Source of the DNA: Chiloscyllium plagiosum
Lineage: Eukaryota
NCBI RefSeq assembly: GCF_004010195.1
Contig: NC_057756.1
Coordinates: forward strand, 3,690,785 to 3,754,784
Direction of reading: 5' to 3'
Length of the DNA stretch: 64,000 nt
Part shown: positions 23,837 to 34,791 of the stretch, one piece after another
Position numbering within the stretch: position 1 is the first letter of the stretch
How the letters are laid out: the number at the start of each line of letters is the position of its first letter
The notes under the pieces: generated by a model
The model's database searches: none
What the model saw: only the letters and a program-made list of their open reading frames with translations
Told to the model about the DNA's origin: nothing
Program-made: the position numbers and the translations under genes

Positions 23837-25650
23837 TCTCCTTCTTAATAAAAAAGGGACCATCATATTGGAAAGATGGCTTCATTTTTTTTCTTTGTTG
23901 TTTTTTTTTTGAACACATTACCCTAACATTCAAGCAACCTCAATGTCAGGTCACCTTACCTTCTTCCGATATACCTGTGTGTATATAACATGAAGCAACC
24001 ACAAATCTCATCACTTCTTTATCACTTAAATCGGTGATAATGCACTTGTGAACCTCAAAATGTACGATTTTTGAAGTAGAGGTCTGCAATGTGAGGTCCC
24101 CAAAAAATAAACTCTTCTTCTTCACATTAAAAATTTCCAAGAATGCAAACTGATTTGATCCGATTATGCAACCGTCTCTGGCACATTGTCCGTGACAGAA
24201 ACATTAAAATGTTGCAAGGCCAGTCGCAAACTCAATAGCTCTTCTTCAATCTTGGGGTATTTCCTCTGGTGGATGTTGAGCTTCGTCCGAAAGTAACCAA
24301 CTGACAGATCAATCCGATCCTAATTTTCCTGCAGCAGTACAGCTCCAACTCCAATACCACTAGCATCGACAGCGACTTTAAAAGGTTTTGAAAAGTTTGG
24401 TGCAGCTAAAACGAGTTTGGTGGTTAACATGGCTTTCAAATGATCGAATGCATCCTGGCGTTATTCTGTGCACTGAAACTTTATGTTTGTCTTCAACAGG
24501 ATGTTTAATGGTGGCACTACACCGATGAAGTTTAGGATCAAACTTCCAATAGAAACAGCTGAGAGCAAAGAATTGAAACATCTCATTATTCCACGTTGGC
24601 CGTGGAAATTCCTCGCTTAAACTTTATCTGTGCATTCCATGGTGTCAAACTTCCATAATCGATGTTATATACCAAGAACGTCTTCTGTGCTTTCGTGAAT
24701 TCCGTTTTATTTACCATCACGTTTGCTTATCGTAGTCGTTCAAAGAGCTATGGCAATTGTACCATGTGATCGTCCTAGGACTTATTAAGGATCACTACTT
24801 CGTCCAAAAAGACTGCATAGTTTGTTAAACGAACTAAAACTTTTTTTTAAGAATATTTGGAATTGAGTGGGTGCATTCTTCATTTCAAATGACATCAGTT
24901 TATACTGCTACAGCCTATTTGGGATTTCAAACTCAGATATTTCTTTTGCCATCTCTGATAATTGTACTGCCAGTAATCACGCAATAAGTCCAACTTGGTA
25001 ATGTAACTGGCTTGTCCGATTCTCTCGATACGGTCCTTCAATCTATGAATTCCTAGATTTTGTAATGGCATTGACCTTCCGATAATCATTGAGTACAGTC
25101 CAGTTTGTGAACTAAGATGATTGGCAAACTCCATTTGCTCTGGCTTGGATCGGTTATGCGCACGTCGAACATGACCTCCACCTCCACCTGGATCTTTGAA
25201 CACATTAAACCCATAGAGGTGCTATCTTATCAGAGAAGTATTCCTGACATCTATTTCATGTACAATCGCATTAGTCCTCCCCATGTGCTTCTTGCATGCG
25301 TCGTTATACTGTATTAAATATTTCACCTGCGTTCTATGCTCCTGAGACAAATAGCTTACTAACCTATTCCACTCCTCCAGAGCTTCTTCATTTTTAATCT
25401 CTTTGGGGCACATCAAAGTGCACATCATCTGGATTTGCTTCCCCACTCTGTCGAACAGTAACTAGCACCTGATTCTCTATTTCTTTCTCTCTAATATTTT
25501 ATGGTTTCAACATTTTCATATGACACACTCGAAATATTTTTTCTATCTAGCATCTTTTCCATAGTTCACCTGACTCAACTTTTTCTCAATTTGATTGCGA
25601 TCACTAAACCATGCTTTGAAGGGAACTCATATCATTAGTGTTAGTAGGAA

Positions 25651-26658
25651 AACAAGGATCGGTGCTGGGTCCTCTACTTTTTGTCATTTACATAAAAGAC
25701 TTGGATGCGAGCATAAGATGTACAGTTAGTACGTTTACAGATGACAACAAAATTGGAGGTGTAGTAGACAGTGAAGAGGATTATCTCAGATTACAACAAG
25801 ATCTGCACCAGATGGGCAAATGGGCTGAGAAGTGGCAGTTGGAGTTTAAGTTAGATAAATGCGAGGTGCTGCATTTTGGGAAAGCAAATCTCAGCAGGAC
25901 TTATACACTTAATGGTAAGTTCCTAGGGAGTGTTGCTGAACAAAGAGACCTTGGAGTGCAGGTTCATAGTTCCTTTAAAGTGGATTTGCAGTTAGACAGG
26001 ATAGTGAAGAAGGCGTTTGGTATGTTTTCCTTTCTTGATCAGAGTATTGAGTACAGGTTTTGGGAGGTCATGTTGCGGCTGTACAGGACATTGGTTAGGC
26101 CACTGTTGGCATATTGTGTTCAAATCTGATCTCCATCCTATCGAAAGATGTTATGAAACTTGAAAGGTTTCAGAAAAGATTGACAAGGATGTTGCCAAGG
26201 TTGGACGATTTGAGCTATAGGGAGAGTCTGAACAGGCTGGAGCTGTTTTCCCTGGAGCGACGGAGGCTGAGAGGTGACCTTATAGAGGTTTATAGAATCT
26301 TGAGGGGCATGGATTGGATAAATAGTCAAAGTCTTTTCCCTGGGGTCGGTGAGTCCAGAACTAGAGGGCATAGGTTTAGTTTGAGAGGGAAAAGATATAA
26401 AAGAGACCTAAGGGGCAACTTTTTCACGCAGAGGGTGGTACGTGTATGGAATGAGCTGCCAGATGAAGTGGTGGAGGGCGGTATTATTGCATCATTTAAG
26501 AGTTATTTGGATGGGTATGTAAATAGGAAGTGTTTGGTGGGATATGGGCCGGATGCTGGCAGGTGGATCTAGATTGATTGGGATATCCGGTCGGCATGGA
26601 CGAGTTGGACCAAAGGGTCTGTTTCCATGCTGTACATCTCTATTTCCATGTGGCTCTA
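25651..26658 (+). mobile_element. 5'-truncated CR1 inserted in the Gypsy integrase C-terminal region
   Basis: [25 protein letters not shown] and FFTQRVVRVWNELP; 3' UTR GGGTCTGTTTCCATGCTGTAC. Same subfamily as 59440-61537. Confidence 0.93.
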
Positions 26659-28471
26659 AATCCCTCGGAAAACATCCGAGTCTGAAACCTTTATCTATGA
26701 CCGATTTCATTCTATACTGTGCCCTCTTCAGGTGTGGTTTAGCTGACTCACCTACATGATTTAATCTCTCCCTTATCTCTGGTGCATAATCTAAATGTGA
26801 CACATCTGACTTTGGTCCTACCAATTTTTGTTTAATTAATTTCAAAGGATTTCTCACTTCATTACCGTATATTAAATCAAAGGGAGTGACTTGATTACAA
26901 TTCATTTGAGGCATCTCTAATCGCAATCAGTACGAACAGCATACCTTTATCCCAATCATTCGGCTGGTCCTGACAGTATATTTTCCATATTGTCTTCAAT
27001 ACCTCATGCCACATTTCTAAAGGTCCCTGGGATTCAGGATGATATCTAAACTATCCATGACCTCCTTAAACAGCCGAACAGAAAGATTTGACCCTTGACC
27101 CGATTGAATCGTTCTTGGTAGCTCATACCGTATGAAGAAAGTTACTCACTCCTCTACTACCATTTTTTTTTGCCTTGATACTCCGAGTTGGAATTGCCTC
27201 CAGAAATCTGGTAGACACATGCATTATGGTAAACAAGTACAGGTTCCCACTTTTCGTTCATGGGAAGGGACCTACACAATTAATTACAACCCGCATGAAA
27301 GGTTCTTCAAAGGCAGGAATTGGCAACAAACGTGCGTGTTTTATTTCTGCCTGTGGGTTACCTATCATTTGGCATGTAGGACACATACGGCAAAACAAAC
27401 CCACATCCTCGTGCATTCCAGACTAATAAAAATGTTGTTTGCACCTTTACCTGGGTCTTTCATACGTGTTGGTGACCTCCTGTATGTATTTCATGTGCTA
27501 CCCATAACATCTCGTGTCTGTGTGCTAATGACCACACCATCTGGTGCACTTCGGCACATGGCTCCACTGCAATAACCTGCTGAGGTACCCATTCTCATTG
27601 TAGGGTTCTATATTCCAGATAATAACCCTCCAGAATATTCTCTGCCTCCTTTTCAGAATACAAATTCACGTATATATGTTGCCTCATCTTGTCTTACTGT
27701 TGCAAGTCTCTTCGTCTTTTGGCAGTAAACAAGTCTGTATGAAGCTCTGCCTGTTCAGGTTTCTCCTGCACCATTAGGTCAGACAGGGTGTCCACTAAGT
27801 GAACCTCAACTCCTTGATCTTTCTCTTTACTTTTCGCTTTGTTCCGTGACTTATGATAGTGGTATCAGGTTACCACACAGCCTGGGAAAATACCAAGGTA
27901 GTTCTGTTTTACCTCCTTAGTTATTTGGTCTTTCTTGGGCTTCTCCACAACAGGGGTTATCTTGGACACTGCCAAGTCATTCCTAAGAACAAACTGAATT
28001 CCTGAAACTGATACCCTGTCAATCACTCCCACTGTAACTTCCCCATGCTTAAGTTGACACTCCAATCTGATCAGGCTGAGGGGAATGTGAAATATATGTC
28101 CTTCTACCCGACAACTTTCCACATTCCGGTTATAGTATGAGAAAGCTCACTCTCACAGCGGAGCTGTTTGGCAGTGGCTGTTTGAAGGGTCGGTGACGTT
28201 TTTTAACGGTTTAAATTTGAAAGTTTTTTTTTAAATGCGCGGAGCGGACCCGGAAGCTGGTGTAGCGCAAGCTTACCTGGGTAAGTTTTTTTTCCTATAA
28301 AAGCGCGCAGGAGAGGAACCCGAGGCACTACAGAGGTAGTGCCTCCCATCCGCCCTCCTCCTCTAACCTAAGAATAAGACCCGTTGTGGTAAGTAGGTAA
28401 GTGCTGCATTTTGCTTGTTCTATTCTTTAGACCTAGTTTTATTTTTTTAAAAAAAGGTTACTTTTAGAGGG

Positions 28472-29410
28472 ATGTCAGTGAAGGCAGTGCAATGTTCCTC
28501 TTGCAACATGTTTGAGGTGAGGGATGCTATGGTCGTCCCTGCTGATTACACTTGCAGGAAGTGCACCCATCTCCAGCTCCTCCAAGACTGTGTTCGGGAA
28601 CTGGAGCTGGAGTTGGATGAACTTAAGATCATTCGGGAGGCAGAGGGGGTCATATATCAGAGCTTAAGGGAAGGAGGAACTCCAAAGATTGCAAACAGAT
28701 GGGTGACAGTGAGGGGAACTGGGAGGAAGCAGCTAGTGCAGAGAACCCCTGCGGCCGTTCCCCTCAAGAACAAGTATACCATTTTGGATACTTGTGGGGG
28801 GGACGACTTACCAGGGGTAAGCAATGTGGTTCAGGCCTCTGGCACGGAGCCTGTCCCCGTTGCTCAGAAGGGAAGGTTGGAAAAGAGCAGAGCAATAGTT
28901 ATTGGGGACTCGATATTTCGGGACACAGATAGGCGGTTTTGTGGGGGCGAGAGAGACTCACGTTTGGTATGTTGCCCCCCAGGTGCAAGGGTACGTGACG
29001 TCTCTGATCGTGTTTTCCGGGTCCTTAAGGGGGAGGGGGAGCAGCCCGTGGTCGTGGTCCACATTGGCACCAACGACATAGGTAGGAAGAGGGCTGAGGA
29101 TGTTAGGCAGGCTTTCAGGGAGTTAGGTTGGAAGCTCAGAGTTAGAACAAACAGAGTTGTTGTCTCTGGTTTTTTTACCCGTGCCACGTGATTGAGAGTC
29201 GAGGAATAGGGAGAGAGAACAGCTAAATGCGTGGCTACAGGAATGGGTGCAGGAGGGAGGGGTTCCGGTATCTGGATAACTGGGGTTCTTTCTGGGGAAG
29301 GTGGGACCTCTATCAACAGGATGGTCTACACCTGAACCTGAGGGGCACCAGTATCCTTGGGGGGAGATTTGCTCGTGCTCTTGGGGGAGGGTGTTTAAAC
29401 TAACTCTGCA
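28472..29410 (+). pseudogene. CR1 ORF1p: Cys-rich N-terminus, coiled coil and SGNH/GDSL esterase domain (frameshifted)
   Basis: CSSC..CRKC, LQLLQDCVRELELELDEL, IVIGDS, PGAR and VHIGTND. DGLHLN (about 29320-29337) comes after frameshifts, the first at the T-run near 29170. Confidence 0.9.
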
Positions 29411-30442
29411 GGGGCATGGGAACCTAGACTGTAGCTTTCGGGTGCAGGACCTGGTGTGTAGGGAGGTTAGGAACATGGCATCAATGTCAAAGGAGTGTGC
29501 CTGTAAACAGGAAAGTGGCTTGAAGAGTGTATACTTCAATGCAAGATGTATATGAAATAAGGTAGTTGAACTTGCCACGTGGGTTGGTACCTGGGATTTC
29601 GATGTTGTGGCTATTACGGAGACATAGGTAGAACAGGGACAGGACTGGCTGTTGCTGGTTCCAGGGTTTAAATGTTTTAGTAGTGTCAGAGGTGGGGGTA
29701 AAAGAGGGGGAGGTATGGCATTGCTTGTCAAAGATAGTATTACAGCGGTGGAAAGGACGATGGATGAAGACTCGCCATCTGAGGTAGTTTGGGCTGAGGT
29801 TAGGAATAGGAAAGGTGAGGTCACCCTGTTAGGAGTTTTCTACAGGCCTCCTAATAGTCCTAGAGACGTAGAAGAAAGGATTGCGAGGATGATTCAGGAG
29901 AAAACTGAAATTAATAGGGTGGTTGTTATGGGGGACTTTAACTTTTCGGTGACTTTTACTCTAGTGATAGAGAGGGATAAGTGTGCACTGCAGGGCAAGT
30001 GTTATAGCGGGGGGCAGGGAAACTATGATGCGGTGAGGCACGACTTAGGATGCGTGGCTTGGAAAATTAGGCTTCAAGGCAAGGGCACAATTGATATGTG
30101 GAGCTTGTTCAAGGAGCAACTATTGAGTGTCCTTGATAAGTATGTACCTGTCAGGCAGGGAGGAAAGGTGCGTGTGAGGGAGCCGTCATTTAATAAGGAA
30201 TTGGAATCCCTTGTTAAAGGGAATTGGAATCCCTTGTTACATAGGGCGGCCTATGTAAAGATGAGGCGTGAAGGTTCAATTGAGGCGATTGAGAGTTATA
30301 AGGTAGCCAGCAAGGATCTGCAGAGAGAGCAAAGAGCAGCAAAGAGGGCTCATCAAAAGTCCTTAGTTGGTAGGAACAGGGAAAACCCAAAGGCTTTCTA
30401 TAGGTATGTCAGGAATAAAAAAATGACTAGGGTAGGAATAGG

Positions 30443-30786
30443 ACAGCAATTCAGGCAGCATCCGAGGACAGGCAAAATCGACGTTTCGAGGAGGGTGGGG
30501 GTGGGGAGAGAGTGGCATAGAGTACAATAGGTCAGTGGGGAAGGAGATGAAGGTGATAGGTCAGGAAGGAGAGGGTGGAGTGGATAGGTGGAAAAGGAAC
30601 TGGGCAGGTCGGACAAGTCTGGACAGGTCAGGGGATCGAGTTTCTGGAGGTTAGAAGCTAGGATGAGGTGGGGGAAGGGGAAATGAGGAAACTGTTGAAA
30701 TCCACATTGATGCCCTGGGGTTGAAGTGTTCCGAGGCGGAAGATGAGGCGTTCTTCCTCCAGGCGTCTGGTGGTGAGGGAGCGGCG
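30443..30786 (-). mobile_element. Penelope-like 3' fragment inserted in CR1 ORF2
   Basis: Absent from the sister copy at 9730-9750 (GGAATAGGTCCAGTCAAGG). The minus strand encodes the GIY-YIG C-terminus ([27 protein letters not shown]), a C/T-rich UTR and the CGAAACGTCGA terminal motif. Confidence 0.88.
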
Positions 30787-31661
30787 GTCAAGGATAGTAG
30801 TGGGAAGTTGCGTGTGGAGGCTGAAGAGATGGGGGAGACACTGAATGATTATATTTCGTCAGAATTCACTCAGGAACAGGACATTGTTGCCGATGTGAAT
30901 ACTGAGTCACAATTAATTAGACTGGATGGCTTTGAGGTATGTAGGGAAGAGGTGTTGGAAATTCTGGAAAGGGTGAAAATAGATAAGTCCCCTGGGCCTG
31001 ATGGCATTTATCCTAGGATTCTCTGGGAAGCAAGGGAGGAGATTGCAGAGCCATTGGCCTTGATGTTTATGTCCTCGTTTTCTACAGGAATAGTTCCAGA
31101 AGCCTGGAGGATAGCAAATGTGGTTCCCTTGTTTAAGAAGGGGAGTAGGGATAACTCTAGTAACTATAGGCCGGTGAGTCTCACTTCTGTTGAGGGCAAA
31201 GTCTTAGAGAGAATTGTAAGGGATAGGATTTATGCACATCTGGATAGGAATAATGTGATAAAGGATAGTCAGCATGGTTTTGTGAAGGGCAGGTCGTGCC
31301 TCACAAACCTTATTGAATTCTTTGAGAAGGTGACTAAGGAGGTGGACGAGGGTAAAGCAGTAGGTGTGATGTATATGGATTTTAGTAAGGCATTTGAGAA
31401 GGTTCCCCATGGTAGGCTACTCCAAGAAATACGGAGGTATGGCATTGAGGGTGAGTTGGAGGTTTGGATTAGGAATTGGCTGGTTGGAAGAAGACAGAGG
31501 GTAGTAGATGATGGTAAAGGTTCATCTTGTAGTGCAGTTACTAGCGGTGTTCCGCAAGGATCTGTTTTGGGACCATTGCTGTTTGTCATTTTTATAAATG
31601 ACCTGGACGAGGGGCTAGAAGGTTGGGTGAACAAGTTTGCGGATGATACGAAAGTCGGTGG

Positions 31662-31799
31662 NNNNNNNNNNNNNNNNNNNNNNNNNNNNNNNNNNNNNNN
31701 NNNNNNNNNNNNNNNNNNNNNNNNNNNNNNNNNNNNNNNNNNNNNNNNNNNNNNNNNNNNNNNNNNNNNNNNNNNNNNNNNNNNNNNNNNNNNNNNNNN
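31662..31799. other. Assembly gap (N run)
   Basis: Run of n characters. Confidence 1.
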
Positions 31800-34044
31800 G
31801 GCCGCATCTGGAGTATTGTGTGCAGTTTTGGTCGCCATACTATAGGAAGGATGTGGAGGCACTGGAACGGGTGCAGAGGAGGTTTAGCAGGATGTTGCCT
31901 GGTATGGTAGACAGATGGTATGAGGAAAGGCTGAGGCACTTGGGGCTGTTTTCATTGGAAAAAAGAAGGTTTAGGGTTGACTTAACAGAGGTGTACAAGA
32001 TGATTAGCAGTTTAGATCGGGTTGACCATGAGAAACTTTTTCCTCGTATGGAGTCAGCTATTACGAGGGGGCATAGCATTGAATTAAGGGGTGGTAGGTA
32101 TAGGAAAGATGTTAGGGGTAGGTTCTTTACTCAGCGAGTCGTGACTTCATTGGATGCCCTGCCAGTAGCAGTGGTGGACTCTCCCTCTTTATGGGCATTT
32201 AAGCGGGCATTGGATAGGCATATGGAGGATAGTGGGCTAGTGTAGGTTAGGTGGACTTGGATCGGCGCAACATCGAGGACCAAAGGGCCTGTACTGCGCT
32301 GTATTTTTCTTCTATTCTAAAGCGTGCATATTCGCCCATCCCTTCTATCAGCAACTGGTTGAATTCTGACCTCTGAAAACTTCATGTCCTTCTCCCTCGT
32401 CCTTTCTGATAAACGTTACCCCCAGAGGCGCATTCTTTTTAGAGATCATGTACTCACTACATATCCAGCACCTTCCTTGGCTGTGCAATCTCCTGCTGTT
32501 CCTCAGCTCTTCTTTGGGTCCCTTTCAACCTTCTTTACTAATGCCACTGGCTAATCTTCTTTCCCCACATCTTTTCCCACAGCGTCTTTCTTTAACGACC
32601 AGCACTGTTTCTTCACGTGTCCCACCTTTTGGCAGAGAAAACAACTTCTCTCAGCGTTCTTCTGAAACCATCGCCTCTGTAATTTCCTATGCCACACTCC
32701 ATTTCAGTGAAAACAACTGTGGCATTTCACCTACTGTACACCCTCTTCGTCTTTTTTTAATCCAGTGGTAATATCTTACGAATGCTCTCTACAGTTGCTT
32801 TTGAAGTGTTGGATTCCCCCTTTCCCAATTTCTATCCTTCACAGGCAAAACTCTGGCCGGAAGCTTGGCTTATGCAGCAACATGTATTAATTTACTAACT
32901 CTGCTGCCTTTCCACTTCCAGAAATTTCTGTTCTTTCACATAAATTCGTACAATCTCTGGACGTCTGTTTTTAAATTCCAACAGCAGTAAATAAATCTCC
33001 CTTAGAGCCTCAAAGGTCCTACCCATTTTCAAAGCACGCACCCATCGATGAAACTGACCATATTTAATTCTTTAGCACTCACCATGATTCAGACATAGTT
33101 CGTTTTTTCGGCTCCTGAATCGCTGTCCATATGATTCTGGTACCAATTCATAAGCAATTAAAATACCCTGTTTAAACCTCATAATAATCTCTTGACACCT
33201 CATCTGACATTGCGGCACATACGTCACTCGTTCTGCCTCCCAGTTTAGTATGAACTAGGATTAACCATAAATCATCAGATCACTCCATCTGCCTGGCCAA
33301 TTTTTCAAATGAGGTAAAGAAGTTTTTCACATTTTTCTCATTAAAATGTTGCAGAGTTTTGTCATGTATGTATGTGTTGTTACCTTCTCTTTTAATCTCC
33401 ACCCTGTTAACTTGACTTTGTTGACTAAGTCACAACTTCTCAAGTTTAAATTCTCATCCTTTTTGCAAACATAATAACCTTCTATTGTTTTCTTTTTCCT
33501 CTTTCTTTCTTTCGTCTTCTCTCTTTGCGAGCCAAGAAACTTTTCTCTCTCTTTTTTCTCTCTCTCCCCTCACTCTTTCTTTTATTCCCTTTCATTGTTT
33601 ATCTTCTAATTCCATTTAAGTTTTTCTACCTCGACTGAACTTGTCTATTTCTCTGCAACACCTTAATGTTTGAGTTATTCTTTTACACTTTCACCTTTAT
33701 GTTTGTCGTGGCTAAACGCAAATCTAACTTACTACTAATTCTAAAATTAATGTTCTTTTCTTTCCTTCTAAACTTGTTTGGCAAATTCGAGAATCGTCTT
33801 CAAATCCCAGTACCTCTTTAGCAATTTTAAGAGCCATTTCTCTCACACTTAATTTAAATAACCACGAGTCAGTGAAATTAAACAAATTCCCTCACATCCG
33901 TGAGGGACACGAACTGGCAAGTGTTTAAATCTGCTAGGATTTTGCATACCCTTAAATCTATTCAAATCTCTCTAAACCAGTTCAAATCCCAAATCCAAGA
34001 CGCAAAATCGGGGACAAAAGCCCCCACCCCTCCACCCAACAACC

Positions 34045-34791
34045 GTTACAGCGCCGAGCCCCCAAACAGTTTCAACATGAAGCTGTCCCTTCTGCTCAAT
34101 TTAAACCAGCATCACAGAAAAGATTTACCCCTTCCAGTAATCTGTAAAAAGTCGAGAGGCCAAGAACTATTTAAATTAACAGTAACTACATTATTTCATA
34201 AAGTATAACAGAGAATATTTAAATAAAAATTATATCTGACTCTTTCCTCTAACCTACCTTTAATTTTCCCTTGTATAATTCTGTAACTGCAAAATCTCTC
34301 GATTGAGATTTCCCAACAATTCAAGTTTACAACACCAGTCAGTTGTTGCATCTTCGATTCGGATCACTTCTGTCTTCGTTTCTTCTTCTTTGGGATTTTT
34401 TTTACAGCTTACAGATAGATAACGACACCTTTACAAGAGTTATTTATCGGGCAGTCCCTATATACTAGTGGCGTGGCAGTTCTTCTCCCAATTGCTCGGT
34501 TTTCACCAGTCTTATTATCCCAAAACATCATAGTGTGTCATTGGCTTTTGAGATTGCCAGTATATCAAAATCAACACGGATTTCCGTTTGTTTTTTGGGG
34601 GGAGTTGTATAATTTAAACTGATTCGCCTAATTTCAATCTGTTGTTGTCTCCAAGCAACCCGCTACACTAGCTACCCCAGTAGCTGGACCACCTGTTACG
34701 TTGTATCTTATTCAGAACACTTGGTGCTGTCAGATCAAACTGCTAGCTTTCCTCTCTCTTAAATTTACACTACACTCACATCTTCATTTCA
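34045..34791 (-). repeat. 5' LTR of the Gmr1-like element
   Basis: Homologous to 23133-23836 (shared blocks GTGTCATTGGCTTTT.AGATTG, TTCAGAACA.TTGGTGCTG and CATCTTCAT). Adjacent to the PBS-like sequence and upstream of gag on the minus strand. Confidence 0.82.

Larger units (their letters stand above)
29475..32245 (+). pseudogene. CR1 ORF2p (APE endonuclease plus reverse transcriptase), disrupted
   Basis: YFNAR, DVVAITET, GVFYRPPN and VVMGDFNF, then an internal deletion near 29947. [22 protein letters not shown] and FADDTK follow. Interrupted by a Penelope fragment and an N-gap. Confidence 0.92.
28147..32318 (+). mobile_element. Full-length CR1 (HER1-like) LINE with 5' UTR, ORF1, ORF2 and 3' tail; 5-bp TSD AAAGC
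   Basis: AAAGC at 28142-28146 and 32319-32323; the flanks rejoin as contiguous Gypsy sequence. CpG-rich 5' UTR, ORF1 from 28472, ORF2 ending at 32245, and a (TATTC/TTCTA) tail. Confidence 0.93.
23133..34791 (-). mobile_element. Near full-length Gmr1-like Gypsy LTR retrotransposon (gag-PR-IN-RT-RH), decayed, with nested CR1 insertions
   Basis: Paired LTRs, a PBS-like TGGGGGCTTTTGTCCC near 34010-34026 and gag ATG near 33838. Integrase CRMCPTCQ..IPAFEEPF..GPFP (27150-27430) and FDLIYGNEVRNPL (about 26880). RT ITKLDLLRDYWQ (about 25000) and RNase H PFKVAVDASGIGVGAVLLQ (about 24330-24390). Purine tract next to the 3' LTR. Confidence 0.9.

Noticed and set aside
33480..33620. CT-rich simple repeat
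   Set aside because: It is the complement of the E/R/K-rich coiled-coil part of Gypsy gag, not an independent feature.
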